The notes beneath the pieces were generated by a model, which saw nothing but the letters and a program-made list of their open reading frames with translations, was not told the origin of the DNA and did not search any database. 34,900 bases of DNA from Craspedostauros australis (taxonomy: Eukaryota), in the NCBI GenBank assembly GCA_030167865.1, contig JALAGF010001547.1:1-34900 (forward strand), given 5' to 3'. The position numbers were made by a program, and so were the translations under genes. The stretch's first letter is position 1. Every line of letters begins with the position of its first letter. Below, piece after piece: positions 20,401-32,330 of this stretch.

Positions 20401-23400
20401 TCATGAGATCCAGCTCTTCGCAAAGCTCGTCGTTCTCCTCCGCCAGGGTCTTCAAGTTGCCACGGGATTCCTCGAGAAGCTGCTTCGTGTCTGCGGCCTC
20501 GCCTTCCAGCTTCGTTAGGTGTTCCTCCATGTCCTTGATCGTGGAGTCGCGTTGGGACAATGAGCACTCGAGTTCCGATATCTCATCCAGTCGTTTACAT
20601 GATGCTTGAAGCTGCTTGCGTAAGTCTTCAGCTTCGGCTGTGACGAACAGAAGGCGTTCCTCCATCTGCGAGCGCGACAGGGTCACTTCGGTCACCTTCG
20701 TCGACAGCTCTTGGTTCGTTGCCTCGAGTTCTGCGATTCTTGTGGACGCAGCGCAAGCGGCCTCTGCTGCACTACGTTCATGCTCCGTGGTCATGGTTTG
20801 TTGCATAGCGCGATGCTCGGTGATAGATGCCTCTGCCTCCTCCAACTCACGCTGCAGATTCTCCAAGCTCTTCTGAAGATCCTGTTTCGAAGTTCTGAGC
20901 CGAACGGCCTCAACCGAAGCGGATTCCAGCTGCTCCTTCAATTCTTCCATGGCTCCTTCGGACTGTCCGAGATGTTGTTCGCAATGTGTCAGATTCTGCC
21001 GGAGGAGTTCATTGGTCTGCACCAATTCGTCGCACTGTGCCCTGTATTCATCAAGCTTGATTTCAACTTCATGCTTTCCAGCCAGCGCAGTCGTGGTGGA
21101 TCCCAGTTCATGCTCCAACCGGGCGGTTGTCAACATCGACACCTCAAGGTCTTCGTGGGCATTCGATAGGCACACGGTCAAGCCTTCCACCTTGGTCAAC
21201 AGTTCCGCATGCGTACTTTCTAGTTGCACGATGCGCGCGGTTGCCAGCAGTTCTGCTCGTTCCTTTTCTGCGAGCAACTCGTCGTACTTCTGATGCTGTT
21301 CTGCCAAACGCTCCGCGTTGGATTGGAGCTCCGCTTCTGTTCCTTTCGTCACAAGTTGAAGCTGATCGTGCTGGTGCTTGGATTTCGCCAACTCTCCTTC
21401 GAGCTGTCCAAGTTTCTCTTCGGATGCAAGCGAATTCAACCTGAGCTCTTCCAGTTCTGCTCTGCACTGCGAAACGTCGGCTGTGATCTTCTCGTTGATG
21501 TCATGCAGAGACTTGCAGGCTTCTTCGCGCTCCTCAAGGAGAGCTTCGACGTCAGCTTTGGCAGCGATTTCATCCTTCGCCTGTTCCAGGTCAGCTTTCG
21601 CATGTTCCAGATCTGCCATGACTTGCTGCAAAAGCGACTTCGAAGATTCGAGCTCCTCGTTGGCGGTCGACAATTCAGCCTCGGTCGCGCCGAGTTTCAG
21701 ACGTTGTTCGTGGCTCTTGGTCTCGAGATCCGAAATCTGCTCCGCTGCCTGCGCTGCGGTTTGCCCAGCTGCTGTATTTGCCTGGTTGATGGCCTCCTCG
21801 TGGTGCTTTTGCTGTTGGGCACTCTGTTTTGTGAGCGCCTCAAGTTCACCCTGCGTTTGGGAAAGCGTCTGTCGAAGCTGATCAACCGTTTCTTGAAGCT
21901 TGGTTGCGTTGTCCTCCAGTTGCGAGCATGTTCCGCTGGAAGATGCCAGCTCTTGTGACAACTGCTCTCGCTGCTCTTCAGCTCTCGCGAGTTGCACGAG
22001 AAGGTCATCGCGTGCTTGAGTCATTGAAAACAGCTCCGCTTCCTTGGCTTTCAGGGATGCTGCAGTGGCCTGCTGGTGCTCAGTTAGCTGTTCAAGGTTC
22101 ATGCTGGCCTCGTTCAAGTCCGTCGCCAGCTCGTCGTTCTTCTTCGCAAGTTCTTCACGATCATGGGCCATCGAGTCGATCTTGGCTTCAAGGTCAGCAT
22201 ACGTTTCGGCTGAGGTCGCTTCGAGGTTTGAAAGACGAGATTCGAGCTGGGCGCAAGCAGCTGCTTTGTCAGCAACTTCAGTCTGCAACGACTCCTTCGA
22301 TCTGTTCGCGTCAAGAAGGTCCGCTTGTGCTGCTTTCTTGAACTCCTCAAGCTCCTTCAGTGCATCCATCGCCTCTTCGAGGGTCTCATTAGCTTCATCA
22401 AGACGTGCTGCGGTATCCTTCAGCTGACGCTCTACATCTTCTTTGGAATGAAACACTCCCTTGAGTTCGCCTTCTGCCTTGTTCTTGGTTTGGGTGGTCT
22501 GCTCGAGCAGCTCGAGGATGGAAAGCGCCTCGGCTTCGAGATGTTCAACCTTGCTGACACTCTCTCCCAATTCTTGCTTCAAAGTAGCACATTCGTCGCT
22601 TGATCGCCTCTTCGAAGTCTCGAGCTCGGCAATGCGGTCCTGGCCTCTTTGCAGCTGCGTCATCAATGTCGATACTTCATCATCGTGCTGCTGCGACGTG
22701 GTTGCAAGCTGCTCCTCAGCATCGGCGATGCGCTGCTCAGAGGTTTGAAGTTCGATCTTCAGTGTTTCGATTGTGTGTTGGTGGACCTCCGCTTCGTCTG
22801 CCTTCTCCTTCATTTCGAGCAGATCCATCTGCAGAGCAGAGCAACGGCTGGCCGACATGACGAATTGCTGACGCAATTCCTCCATTTCCGCACTGTGGTG
22901 GATGGCATTCTCCTCAAGAGCCTTTACACTGAATTGCAGCCGAGTGCGCTCCTCGACCTCTGTGCCAAGCTTCTGCTCCAGGTTTGCGTTATCTTGCCTC
23001 AAACGCAGCACATCTGCTTGGCGTGACTCCAACTCCTCAGCCTTGCGGTTCAGCGCGGTTTGTGACGCTTCCTCCTGCCGTCGTAGCGCGACAGTTTTGA
23101 TTTCTGCCTCCAGTTTGCTCGCATTGAGAGCCCGCGTGGTTGTCTGCAACGAGTTCTGCACAGATGCGAGCTGCTCGTGACCATCAGCGCACGCCTGTTT
23201 CACATGTGTCAGCTCTTCGGTCAACTCGTCCCTGGCATTCGATGAGTTCTGCAGATTGTCCTTCAGCGATGCAATCTTGGCCTGCATATCAGACCTGTCC
23301 TCTTCCATGGCCTGAATTCGAGTCACAAGCTTCTGCACCATGGCATTCTCTCGGCCCTTCTCCTGGATGAGGAGCTCCTTCTGGTCAAGCACCTCCGCGA

Positions 23401-25850
23401 TGCTGAATGCATTGCGTCGGTTCTCTTTCTTGAGGGTCTCGATTTCACCGCTCAAGATCTCGATGCTCTCGATCGCGGATGCTCTGTCTGCTGTGATGCC
23501 GGAAATCAGCTGTTCGGCTTCTGCGCGTTCGATCTCACGTTGGCTGGAAATGTCTGTGCACTGAGCCTTGAAACCTTCCAATTCCTGGCGTAACGAGCTG
23601 ATGATTGACGACATCTCATCTGTGCGATGACGTTGCCCTTCGCCCTCCGCCGCCAAGTTCTCATTGACTTTCGTTTGCTCGTCGATGGTCTTCTGCTTCG
23701 CGTCAAGATGGCGGAGGTAGTCTTCGATCCGGATGCCCATGGCATCCAGAGCCCTCGCCTTCGAAGTTAGAGCTGCGCGGATCAGTTGGATTTCGTTGGA
23801 TACCTCCAGAGGTTTTGGTGGAGCAATCTTGGATTTTTTCATAGGTCGTGGGATTGTGGATGGCGCGGGGACGTCTGGCGCGGAATCCTTGGTAGGAGTG
23901 GACCTCTGTATCTGAAAAGCACCGTCGGATCTGCGGCGACGCCTCATCTTCTGCGACTGCCTTGATGCACGTCCCGACGGGCTGTGTGTGGCTGTGAAGA
24001 TCGAACCCACGTTCAGAATGGAGGCCTTCAATCGATCGAGCTTCTCCTTGGCTTCGATGGCGGCGGTGCCGGCGGTTGCGGCCCGATCCTCCAGTTCCTT
24101 CAGCTGCTGAATGTCGCCGGAGCCGTTGGCCCGACGCTTCGCCTCCGCCAGCTCTCTTTGCAATTTGCGGATCATTGACCGCTCGTCCAAAACCTCGTTC
24201 ACCTTGGCATTCGTCTTCACCAACTTGGCTCTCGATGCGAATTGGAGAGTGGATCTGGTCTCCTCGAGGTACAGCTCGGAAGGTGTTGCGCAGCAGATCA
24301 CGGCCATTCGCGCATTTCCGGACAACGAAGGCTGCAAGATGCGGGTCAACTTGGAGTCGCGAAAGTTGATATGCATCGCCGTTGGTTGCCCGAGCTTCAC
24401 AATCACTTGCGACAGCGTGAGTAGACTGTGTCACATGATTGGATGTCGTGTTGTTAGTGGGAGAAATGTAAAATGGATTTAGGGACTTGGGTGAGAAATT
24501 GAACGCTGGAAGGCGTAGCTGTTGTTGTGGATGCTTTGTGTGCGGCAACGGTTGGCAACAGCAGTCAACGGTGCACGGAATGGTGGAAAACATATTGCAT
24601 GCACAACTGCAGCGCTCACCTTTGATTGATCATTCCGCCCTCTTTCTGACGCTCGCCTGTGGCACCGGTGTGCCTCACACTTTCGGATCCGGCCAAGTCC
24701 ACGAGATTCAAGGTGGAGATTCGCACAGCTCCATCACCAGAAGGTGGCTTGTTCTCGGTGTCGGAATCATCGTCGGAATCATCGCTGCTGGGGCTGGCCT
24801 TGCCGGTCTCCTTCATTCTGCTCTCGATCGTCACTCGGAAGATGGTGTGACTGCGCGAGGACCGTTCGTTCATTCCTGTGGCAGCGACCGATCGCGATTT
24901 CTCACCCTGAAACAGCACCCGCAGCAAACTCTCGTAGTCCGAAACGATTTCCTCCATTGACTGCACAAATACACCGCGGCGTGGGTCTTCGCGGATGGGC
25001 AGCGTCCTGTTGGAATCGGAGAGCAGATCTCGCACCTCTTCGTTGTAGATTTCCAAGAAGCTGGTTCGCACGAGGAATATCCTGTCGGGATTCTGCTGGA
25101 TCTTCTCGAAGATGTCCCTCGCCGCCATGTGGACGAGGCCACCGCATTGTCCATTGCCTTCCTGGATCGTTCCGGACCCTTGCATTGTGAACGTTTTTCC
25201 ACTCGATGTCTGGCCGTAGGCAAAGATCGTTCCATTCAATCCTCCTACGACGTTGGTGACTATGCCCTTCGCGACGGAGTCGTACACGCCCTTCGTGCTG
25301 CTCTCCTCGCCGAACACTCTGTCGAATTGGAAAAAAGTTCTCCCCATGATCTTTTCGGGCAACGGCTTGCCTGCCTTGGTGGTTTGTGTGATGGCGGAGT
25401 ACTTTGGGACGACCTTCCAAACACGTCTCTTGTCATTCTCTCTGGTGTTAAGCGGGCGCATGCGGATGGCGACTGCGTCGATCGTGGGTGGTGAAGGGAA
25501 CATTGGTGTTGTATGGCATGATGCGAGCAGAGATAGTACGAATGGAGAGAAGTGGAGCAACAGCAACACAGTGCACAAATGTAACGATTGGTAAGATGAG
25601 TAAGATGAGTGTTGACATGCACAAGTGTGCGCTGGTGTTCATGTTGCATGTTGCATGTTTGCTACGTACCCGTGATTCCTTCCTCCGACTTGTCATCCTT
25701 GCGCCTGTCACGATCTCTTCTTGAGGAGGAAGAGGATGCCGAAGACGAAGACGAACCCTCGGATCCCGTCGATCTTCTGTTCGTGCTAACTCGCCGTTCG
25801 TTGAGACTGTTGGTGGGCGAGATGCGTTGCCTGTCGGTTGGGGACACCAT
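17468..25850 (-). CDS. CENPE: Kinesin-7/CENP-E-like motor with a very long coiled-coil stalk and C-terminal CaaX (~2663 aa, 3 exons)
   Basis: Exons 25850-25670, 25472-24620, 24425-17468 (7992 nt). Junctions restore EEGITVAIRMRPLN and INQSLLTLSQVI. P-loop GTIFAYGQTSSGKTFTM, switch I MNERSSRSHTIF, switch II LNLVDLAGSE and HINFRDSKLTRILQPSLSGNA are characteristic of kinesin-7. About 2000 aa of heptad-rich E/L/Q/K sequence follows, ending ECQQS. Confidence 0.92.
24426..24619 (-). other. Intron 2 of the kinesin gene (194 bp)
   Basis: Minus-strand gtgagc donor at 24619, acag acceptor ending 24426; ag|t (Ser). Confidence 0.9.
25473..25669 (-). other. Intron 1 of the kinesin gene (197 bp)
   Basis: Minus-strand gtacgt donor at 25669, gcag acceptor ending 25473; g|tc (Val). 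Confidence 0.88.
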
Positions 25851-26897
25851 CTTGCTTGTAGATGCCTTGGCTTGTGGCGCCAGCTGTGATGATCAGTGCC
25901 TCTGTATAGACAGAGTGGATTGCAGATTTCTCCCGATCTGACGAAACGTCACACGTGGGGCTTGGTTTGAACTCTCTGGCGACTGCTCTCCCCTGTTCCG
26001 CTGAATACCGTTCGTGCCGTTCGTTCTGTGCGTGCTGGTCCTTCGTGTATCAGGACGCCGATGTTGCTGCCAATGATGCTACCAATGATGCTGCCAATGA
26101 TGATCTCTTTCTGTATCGCACGCGTCAGATTGCGATTGTGTTTCAATCGAGCATTCGCTGCGGAAAGTCAAGCCGGGATGGATGGATGCAGCACAGCCTG
26201 GCGCAATTGTGAGACCCTGAGCCGTTTTGTTGGCTGTCACCGTCGCTGTCACTGATGCTCCTGGTGCTGCCACTCCCCCTGCCATCTCCCACACCAACAG
26301 CGTTCCTCCATGCCGCATTCGAGACGGCACAAGGCACAAGGAACACAGCAAGCCAAACAATCCTCCGGACAGAAGAAATTCAAATTTTGAGTTTGATGAC
26401 AAATAACGGCCATCTGGCACAAAATGAACATAAGGAGTCCCAATGTGACGTCGAAAGGGAACATGGAATCCCACCAAGAACGCGCAACCAACAAGAACAT
26501 CGCGAGGTCCGAAGCCACGTGGAGACATCTGACAGGGCGCAGAAATTCAGAAACGAAGACTCCATCGTTCGTCATGCGTTCGTGAGAACTCCACACAAGA
26601 CAACAAACAAACAGTTTCCGCCAGGTTCTACGACCACCCATCCCGCCGCGTTGCCCATCGCGACAGCGAAACACGATCAGCCAGCACAGACCACAATTTT
26701 TCGTTGTCGGTTTCCAAACAAGGCACACTTCGCATTGCGTCGTCCCGAACAACATCGCTGTGTCGTCTTCGTCGAATCCAACTATTCGTGTCACATTAAA
26801 CCGAATGCACAATCTTCGTCCTACGACACGCAATACATATACCAAGGACGTTCTCCAATTATCAGTCTAGCACAAGAAAATCGCACAAGGATCGACC
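25851..26897. promoter_or_regulatory. Divergent intergenic region, likely a shared or bidirectional promoter for the kinesin and the ankyrin-HDAC genes
   Basis: The start codons face away from each other 1047 bp apart. It contains three CCAAT in a 12-bp tandem repeat (26070, 26082, 26094). Function is inferred from position only. Confidence 0.55.
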
Positions 26898-29800
26898 ATG
26901 AGCCACTCCTCCACCGGCTCCGACGACGACGACGGCGACTACGGCTTCACGATGCCGCTGCATGGTGACCGACGTTACCCGTTGCATGATTGCTGCGAGT
27001 TCGAGGATGCGGCGGCGCTGAGGGTGAGTCAAACGAGGGTTCGATGGATGACCACAGCGGACGATGCGTTGGGTCATCGATTTTTGTCGTCTGCACTGTC
27101 GCAGAAGGCGCTGGGCGAGTCGCATGTTGTGCATGTGGAGTCACTGTATGCTTTTTGACATTCTCCTGGACGATGGCGTTGGGGACTCGTGCCGCGCCAT
27201 GCCATACGTATGCAGATACGTTCGTATGAGCGCGAACATGAGCACGAACATGCGTGTATTGGTGCACATCCTCATACATCACCTCAACACAATTCCGAGC
27301 TTTGTCCCCACCCGCGTCCACCACATGTACTACAACACCGAAAAAATGACTGCATGATTGCTATCGTCGCCGTTCCAACAATTGCTGAACTTCCAATCGT
27401 CCGTTCAACCGCAGAAATTGATCTACGTTCCGCAAGAGCAAGAGGATACGGATGATGATGATGATGATGATGAGGAGGAGGATAACCATGACGACGAAGA
27501 CGACAATGATGATGATAACGAAGACGATGATATTGACGAGAATTCAAAGGCTGCGACTGGCGACGACAATTCGTCTTCTTCAGATGACAACGATTCCGCC
27601 GCCGCTGCTCATGCCGCCGCAATTGGACATTCGCCCCAGCCACTGGCGTTGAAGAGGCTTGGGAAATCATTGACACCAGGCGATACTATCGCAAGTGAAG
27701 GTGTTGCTTCGCAGCTGTCAGCCGTCATCCAGGGCTCCAAGGATGACGCCAGCGCCCCTACAGACATGATTGTCACAGGCGAAGGAAATGCAGCCTCACC
27801 CGTCAAGGATGGACCAGGTACAGCTACAGCTGCAGCTACAACTACGGCTAAGGATAACTGTGTTGGCAATGCAACTGCAAAAAGCGATGGCAAAGACGCG
27901 CCACGAACACCCACTCCCGCATCCCAGACCGCGAGTGCAACGCCAACTGCAAACGAAACCGCTACCACTACCAGCCAGGATAAGAGTGTTGAAAATGGAA
28001 AGTCCACAGCCAGCGACCGAGCGACCGCGGAGGACGGCGAAGTCAACATGGACACAAACCACAATGCCGACACATCCCCACCAACTTCTCCAGATGGGGA
28101 CAGGGAAAGCGCCAGTGTTTTGGCTGGTGCGAAAACAAAAGGCAGCAAGAGCACGAAACTCAAAAAGGTCAAGTACCACTGTCCACACAACCTCAACGAA
28201 CGCGATGGCGACGAGAATACACCACTGCACGTCGCCATCCACGCCCGCAAACTCGAGCACGTGAAGATCCTGTTGGAAGCCGGTGCGAATGTCTTCCGAA
28301 AATGCGATGGCAGCGCGCCCATGCACACAGCAATCAGCATGGGGGCCGTCTCGAAGCATGCACAGTTTGCGTATCAATGTGTGGAACTCTTGCACGACCA
28401 CGACGCCGATCTGTGCGCGAAGGATGACGCGGTGCACACACCGCTGTACCTGGCATGCTTCTACAACCTCCCGCAGATAGTGCAGTTCTTGCTGTCGAAG
28501 GATGACGGCCTTTCGACTTTGAACGTGCGTTCGGACAGATCCGGTGGCAGAGCGTTGCATGCCGCGGCCAAATTCGACACCTTGGCGAATGGCAAACTAG
28601 GAAGGGGCGCTGCCGCGGCTGTTGCTTCGGGAGTTCCCAAATTCCATCATCACCATCCTGATGGCACGATTCCCAACTCCATGCATCACATCCCTGGCTA
28701 TCATTCCGGGAAGATTGGTGGCACTTCCTCGTCCCCCTCGTCAGTCCCACCGCCGTCGGGTTCAATCGCCACGACAGCGCGAGCGCTGGTGACCGAGATT
28801 CTGCTGGAAGCCAACGGCATCGAAGTCGATGCGCCGGACTCCGTTGGACAAAGCGCCTTGCACGTGGCATGCGGAAGGGGCAATTGGACCGTGGCGCGTC
28901 TTCTGCTGCAGGCTGGGGCAAGCCCAGGCGCTGTTGACAAGCGTGGTTACACTCCGGGGCAGCTCGCCTACAAGAGGGGCATGCCAGTGCCCAACGATTT
29001 GCTGGAAACCCTCGGTGCTCCGCCTGAAACTGGCACGATACCGCCTCCGAGAGACCTGGTTGTTGATCCCCACTCATCGACGCTGATCTTGAGCCATGAG
29101 CTGTGCACGCAGCATCGTAGCTGTCCGCCAATGATACGAGATGCCACCAGCGAACCGCCACCAGAAAACGTACGAAGACTGACCGTGCTGGTCGATGAGG
29201 AGACGGGCATTCTGAAAACCGGAGAATTCGGCGCATGCAACTGGGACGGCGCATCCAAGCGGGCTGCCATGGTAGATGTGTTGAAGGTGAGTATTTCGAC
29301 CATCGCGATGAAGTTCGGAGGTGAAGAAACCGTGGAATGTTTGCTCCGATGTTCAAGATCTGGTCCCCCAACGCTGGCCATTTCTGACTGCTCACTCCTC
29401 CATTCTGGCCACATATGTGCTGCTTTTCCATCTGACGTATTTTGGTTTGGGTCTCAATCTACTCAACTCTGTCTAATTCTGGTTTGGATTGGATTGGTTT
29501 TGCTCGCTGCGTTTTTCCTGAACTACTCGTACAGTGCCACGAGTTCAACTACGTCGAGAGAATAAGCCATCTCTGTTCGTCGATACCGGATCATCCGAAT
29601 GCGATCGGTCACCTGGATGCGGATACGGCCATCTCGAGGTGGAGCTTCGAGGCGGCGCTACGGGCGGCGGGATCCGTGTGTCAGGCCGTGGATAGGGTCG
29701 TCGCTGGTGATCACCGCAATGCCTTCTGCGCGGTGCGTCCACCGGGACACCACGCCGGTCCTCGGGGGATCGTGCGATGCGAGAATGACGCCGATGGAGG

Positions 29801-30902
29801 TTCGCATGGATTCTGCCTCCTGAACAACGTTGCGATCGGTGCTGCGTATGCCAGATCCATGTACAGGAACGAAGGGATCCGAAAGATTGCGATTGTTGAC
29901 TTCGACGTGCACCACGGCAATGGAACGGAGGAGATCATCCGTCAGCTCGCGCCGACGGTGGAGAAGGCCGCCATCCGCCTGCCATTCGCCGTTGGTGAAT
30001 TCGCCGTGCCAAAGTACAGACCGTGGTTGGACGAGACGGACATCAACGATGTGTTCTTCGCATCCACCCATGGATACGGCCCGCGAGGGTTGGAGTATGT
30101 CGACACGCCAGCCGCCGGGTGGTTCTATCCAGCCTCCGGCAAGGCGCACGTTTCCGATGCCATCGGAAACCCGTCCATGGTGGATTCACCGAATGTGGCC
30201 GACTTCATCCTGAGCCAAACGTGGACGCGTATCGGAGAGGAAGCTCGCACCAACTGCTGCAAGATCATGAACTGCGCACTGGGCCTGCCTCGACCGGACG
30301 CAGTGGCGGGCATGCAGCGGCTGGAATTGCGAGACACGTACCGTCAGAAGATCTTGCCGAAACTTCGCGAGTTCGATCCAGACATCATCTTCATCAGCGC
30401 TGGCTTCGATGCCCACAAGAAAGATACCATGAACTTTGGCTACGTTGGCATGGTGGAGGATGATTACGAGTGGGTGACAGAGCAGCTAGTGAAGATTGCC
30501 AACACGTGCTGCAACGGGCGAATCGTGAGCGTGTTGGAAGGCGGGTACAAGATTCACGGGGGCATCGTGAGCCCATTCGCACGATCCGTCGCATCGCACG
30601 TCCGCGCGTTGGCGGACGGTGGCAAATCGCGAGAGCTGTATGACAGCGAGGCGGGCAAATGGGAGAGCCAATTCGAAAGGCACATTGTCGAGGAGCGAGA
30701 GCGCAAGCGACAGCAGAAGGTGGAGAGGCTGAAGCAGATTGCCGAGCAGCAACGGCAGGCCCTGTTCGGCCCCAACAGCGAGGGCGATGGCGGCGGTGCA
30801 GATGGAGAGGATGGCGGCGCGTCAACGAGGAAGCGCAAACGGAACGTGGTGGATTACAGAGAGCTGTATGAGCAGATGAAGCGGGAGGGGTTCGCAGGTT
30901 AG
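26898..30902 (+). CDS. Ankyrin-repeat and class II (HDA1-like) Zn-dependent histone deacetylase fusion (~1121 aa, 3 exons)
   Basis: Exons 26898-27023, 27415-29286, 29535-30902 (3366 nt), with GT..AG phase-0 introns (ALR|KLIY, VLK|CHEF). Ankyrin repeats: NTPLHVAIHARKLEHVKILLEAGA, SAPMHTAIS, HTPLYLACFYNLPQIVQFLL, GRALHAAA, QSALHVACGRGNWTVARLLLQAGA. HDAC motifs: PPENVRRL, RPPGHHAG, GFCLLNNVAIGA, DFDVHHGNGTEE, SAGFDAH, LEGGY. Confidence 0.92.
27024..27414 (+). other. Intron 1 of the ankyrin-HDAC gene (391 bp)
   Basis: gtgagt donor, gcag acceptor, phase 0. Confidence 0.8.
27451..27540 (+). repeat. (GAT/GAC/GAG)n coding acidic tract
   Basis: Encodes DDDDDDDEEEDNHDDEDDNDDDNEDDDIDE. Confidence 0.9.
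29287..29534 (+). other. Intron 2 of the ankyrin-HDAC gene (248 bp)
   Basis: gtgagt donor, tacag acceptor; phase 0 joins ORF 27358 to ORF 29442. Confidence 0.9.
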
Positions 30903-31165
30903 GCAAAGGATTGTCTCTGTGTCTGGCGTTGCAAATGGGCTTGCAAACGACTTGTGCCGTGCTGTGCTGTACCAGTGTAGGAACAAAGACATGGCATCAT
31001 ATTAAATACGACCACAAAATTCATGGATTTGGTCACTTAATCTAGAGCCGTACCAGAGGGCTTTTCGTTGCGCGGGCGCGAATCGCTGCAGCGTCCTTGA
31101 CGATGGATGGTCCACCCACACAACACATGCTCTGGACTACAATCAGAGATCATGAGACTTGCTGG

Positions 31166-31205
31166 TTCAATCATTCGTTCACTCATTCGTTCATTCATTC
31201 GTTCA
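31166..31205. repeat. Compound TTCA/TTCG microsatellite-like tract
   Basis: ttcaatcattcgttcactcattcgttcattcattcgttca. Confidence 0.7.
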
Positions 31206-32330
31206 GTTAAGTAGTTGCAAGACTTGGCTTATTGGGTGCCTTGTTTGTCTCCTCCTCCCTGTTGCTTCCCATCAGCTGTCTTGATTGCAGCCATTCCTGG
31301 GAGCTGGTACGTGAGGCCGAGTTTGTTGGGCTATTGCTGCTTGATGAGCTTGTCCACCATCTCCTTTGCATATTTTTCATGGGAGATGGTGCTTTCACCT
31401 TGGGTGGTGACCTTGAACTTGTGAGGATCAGTGCTGGCTGGAGTGGTCGTGGCGTTGATGTTTCACTCCAAAACGCTTGTTCGTACTGGACTTTGGCACG
31501 CCTGGCTCAGTCAGTTGACATCAATCTGTTGTTGTCACATCGCCAACTTGGTGTGTCGATACTGATCTGTCCTGCCGGTCTGCTCCTTGCTCTAACAGTC
31601 ATCACATGAACCACACAAGCAGCTTGTGTGTGAAAAAGAGCCGCTGATCGCCGTGCAGTTCTTGTTGGCAGGGTGTCCGTCCGTGCAGTGGAAAAGAGTA
31701 TAATAGATCAGACTAAAGCAGTAAAATGTATAGCAGCTGCGAGTGATATGAGTGCTGCAATGTTTGCAGTGATTGCTGTGATTGCTGCGCATGGCCTCTC
31801 TGTTCCATGGTTGATTTGGTTTGCGCCGATGTTGATCGGCAGAGAGTGGGCGGGGACTGGTTGTGGTGTGCGGCCAGCGCGTTCTGTTCCGCACTTTGAC
31901 CAATTTGTCATTTGTGGCGGTTGTTCGATGTCAGATACTTCTGAGTTGCGATGTACCATGACGTCACTGAAGAATTGCTGAAAATCGGTATTTCCCTACA
32001 AGTCCCCGTTGACCGGTGACCGAATTGTCTGTACTACCACCAGTACACACGATTGAGCAACGAATGGACAGACGGTCTAATTCCAAAAGAGCCTACATAT
32101 GTGAAGGCATCTGTCTGCAAGAATACAAGTGCATTGCCCATGCTGTATGCACAGTTGATGCTTCTCACTTGCCTCTTTGCCATCTGTTCCAAGATCACAT
32201 ATGTATGGAACTGTCAGAAAACCTAGATCAATCATTTAGGCTAACATCACACATGAATGGAACGTGATTCAGCTCAATTTTTAGTTTAGTCGGATGGGAC
32301 TTGATGACGTGAATGGTGTTCGGATTCTAT

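Noticed and set aside
17593-24482. Many plus-strand Ser/Leu-rich ORFs over the kinesin
   Set aside because: Antisense shadows of the Glu/Gln/Lys-rich coiled-coil exon.
26249-26968. 237-aa (+) and 198-aa (-) ORFs in the divergent intergenic region
   Set aside because: No homology cues; they overlap the expected promoter and 5' UTR, and the + ORF is out of frame with HDAC exon 1.
29287-29565. Hydrophobic C-terminus of ORF 27358-29565, suggesting a separate membrane ankyrin protein
   Set aside because: Intron-2 read-through. The HDAC domain starts before the intron (PPENVRRL) and continues after it.
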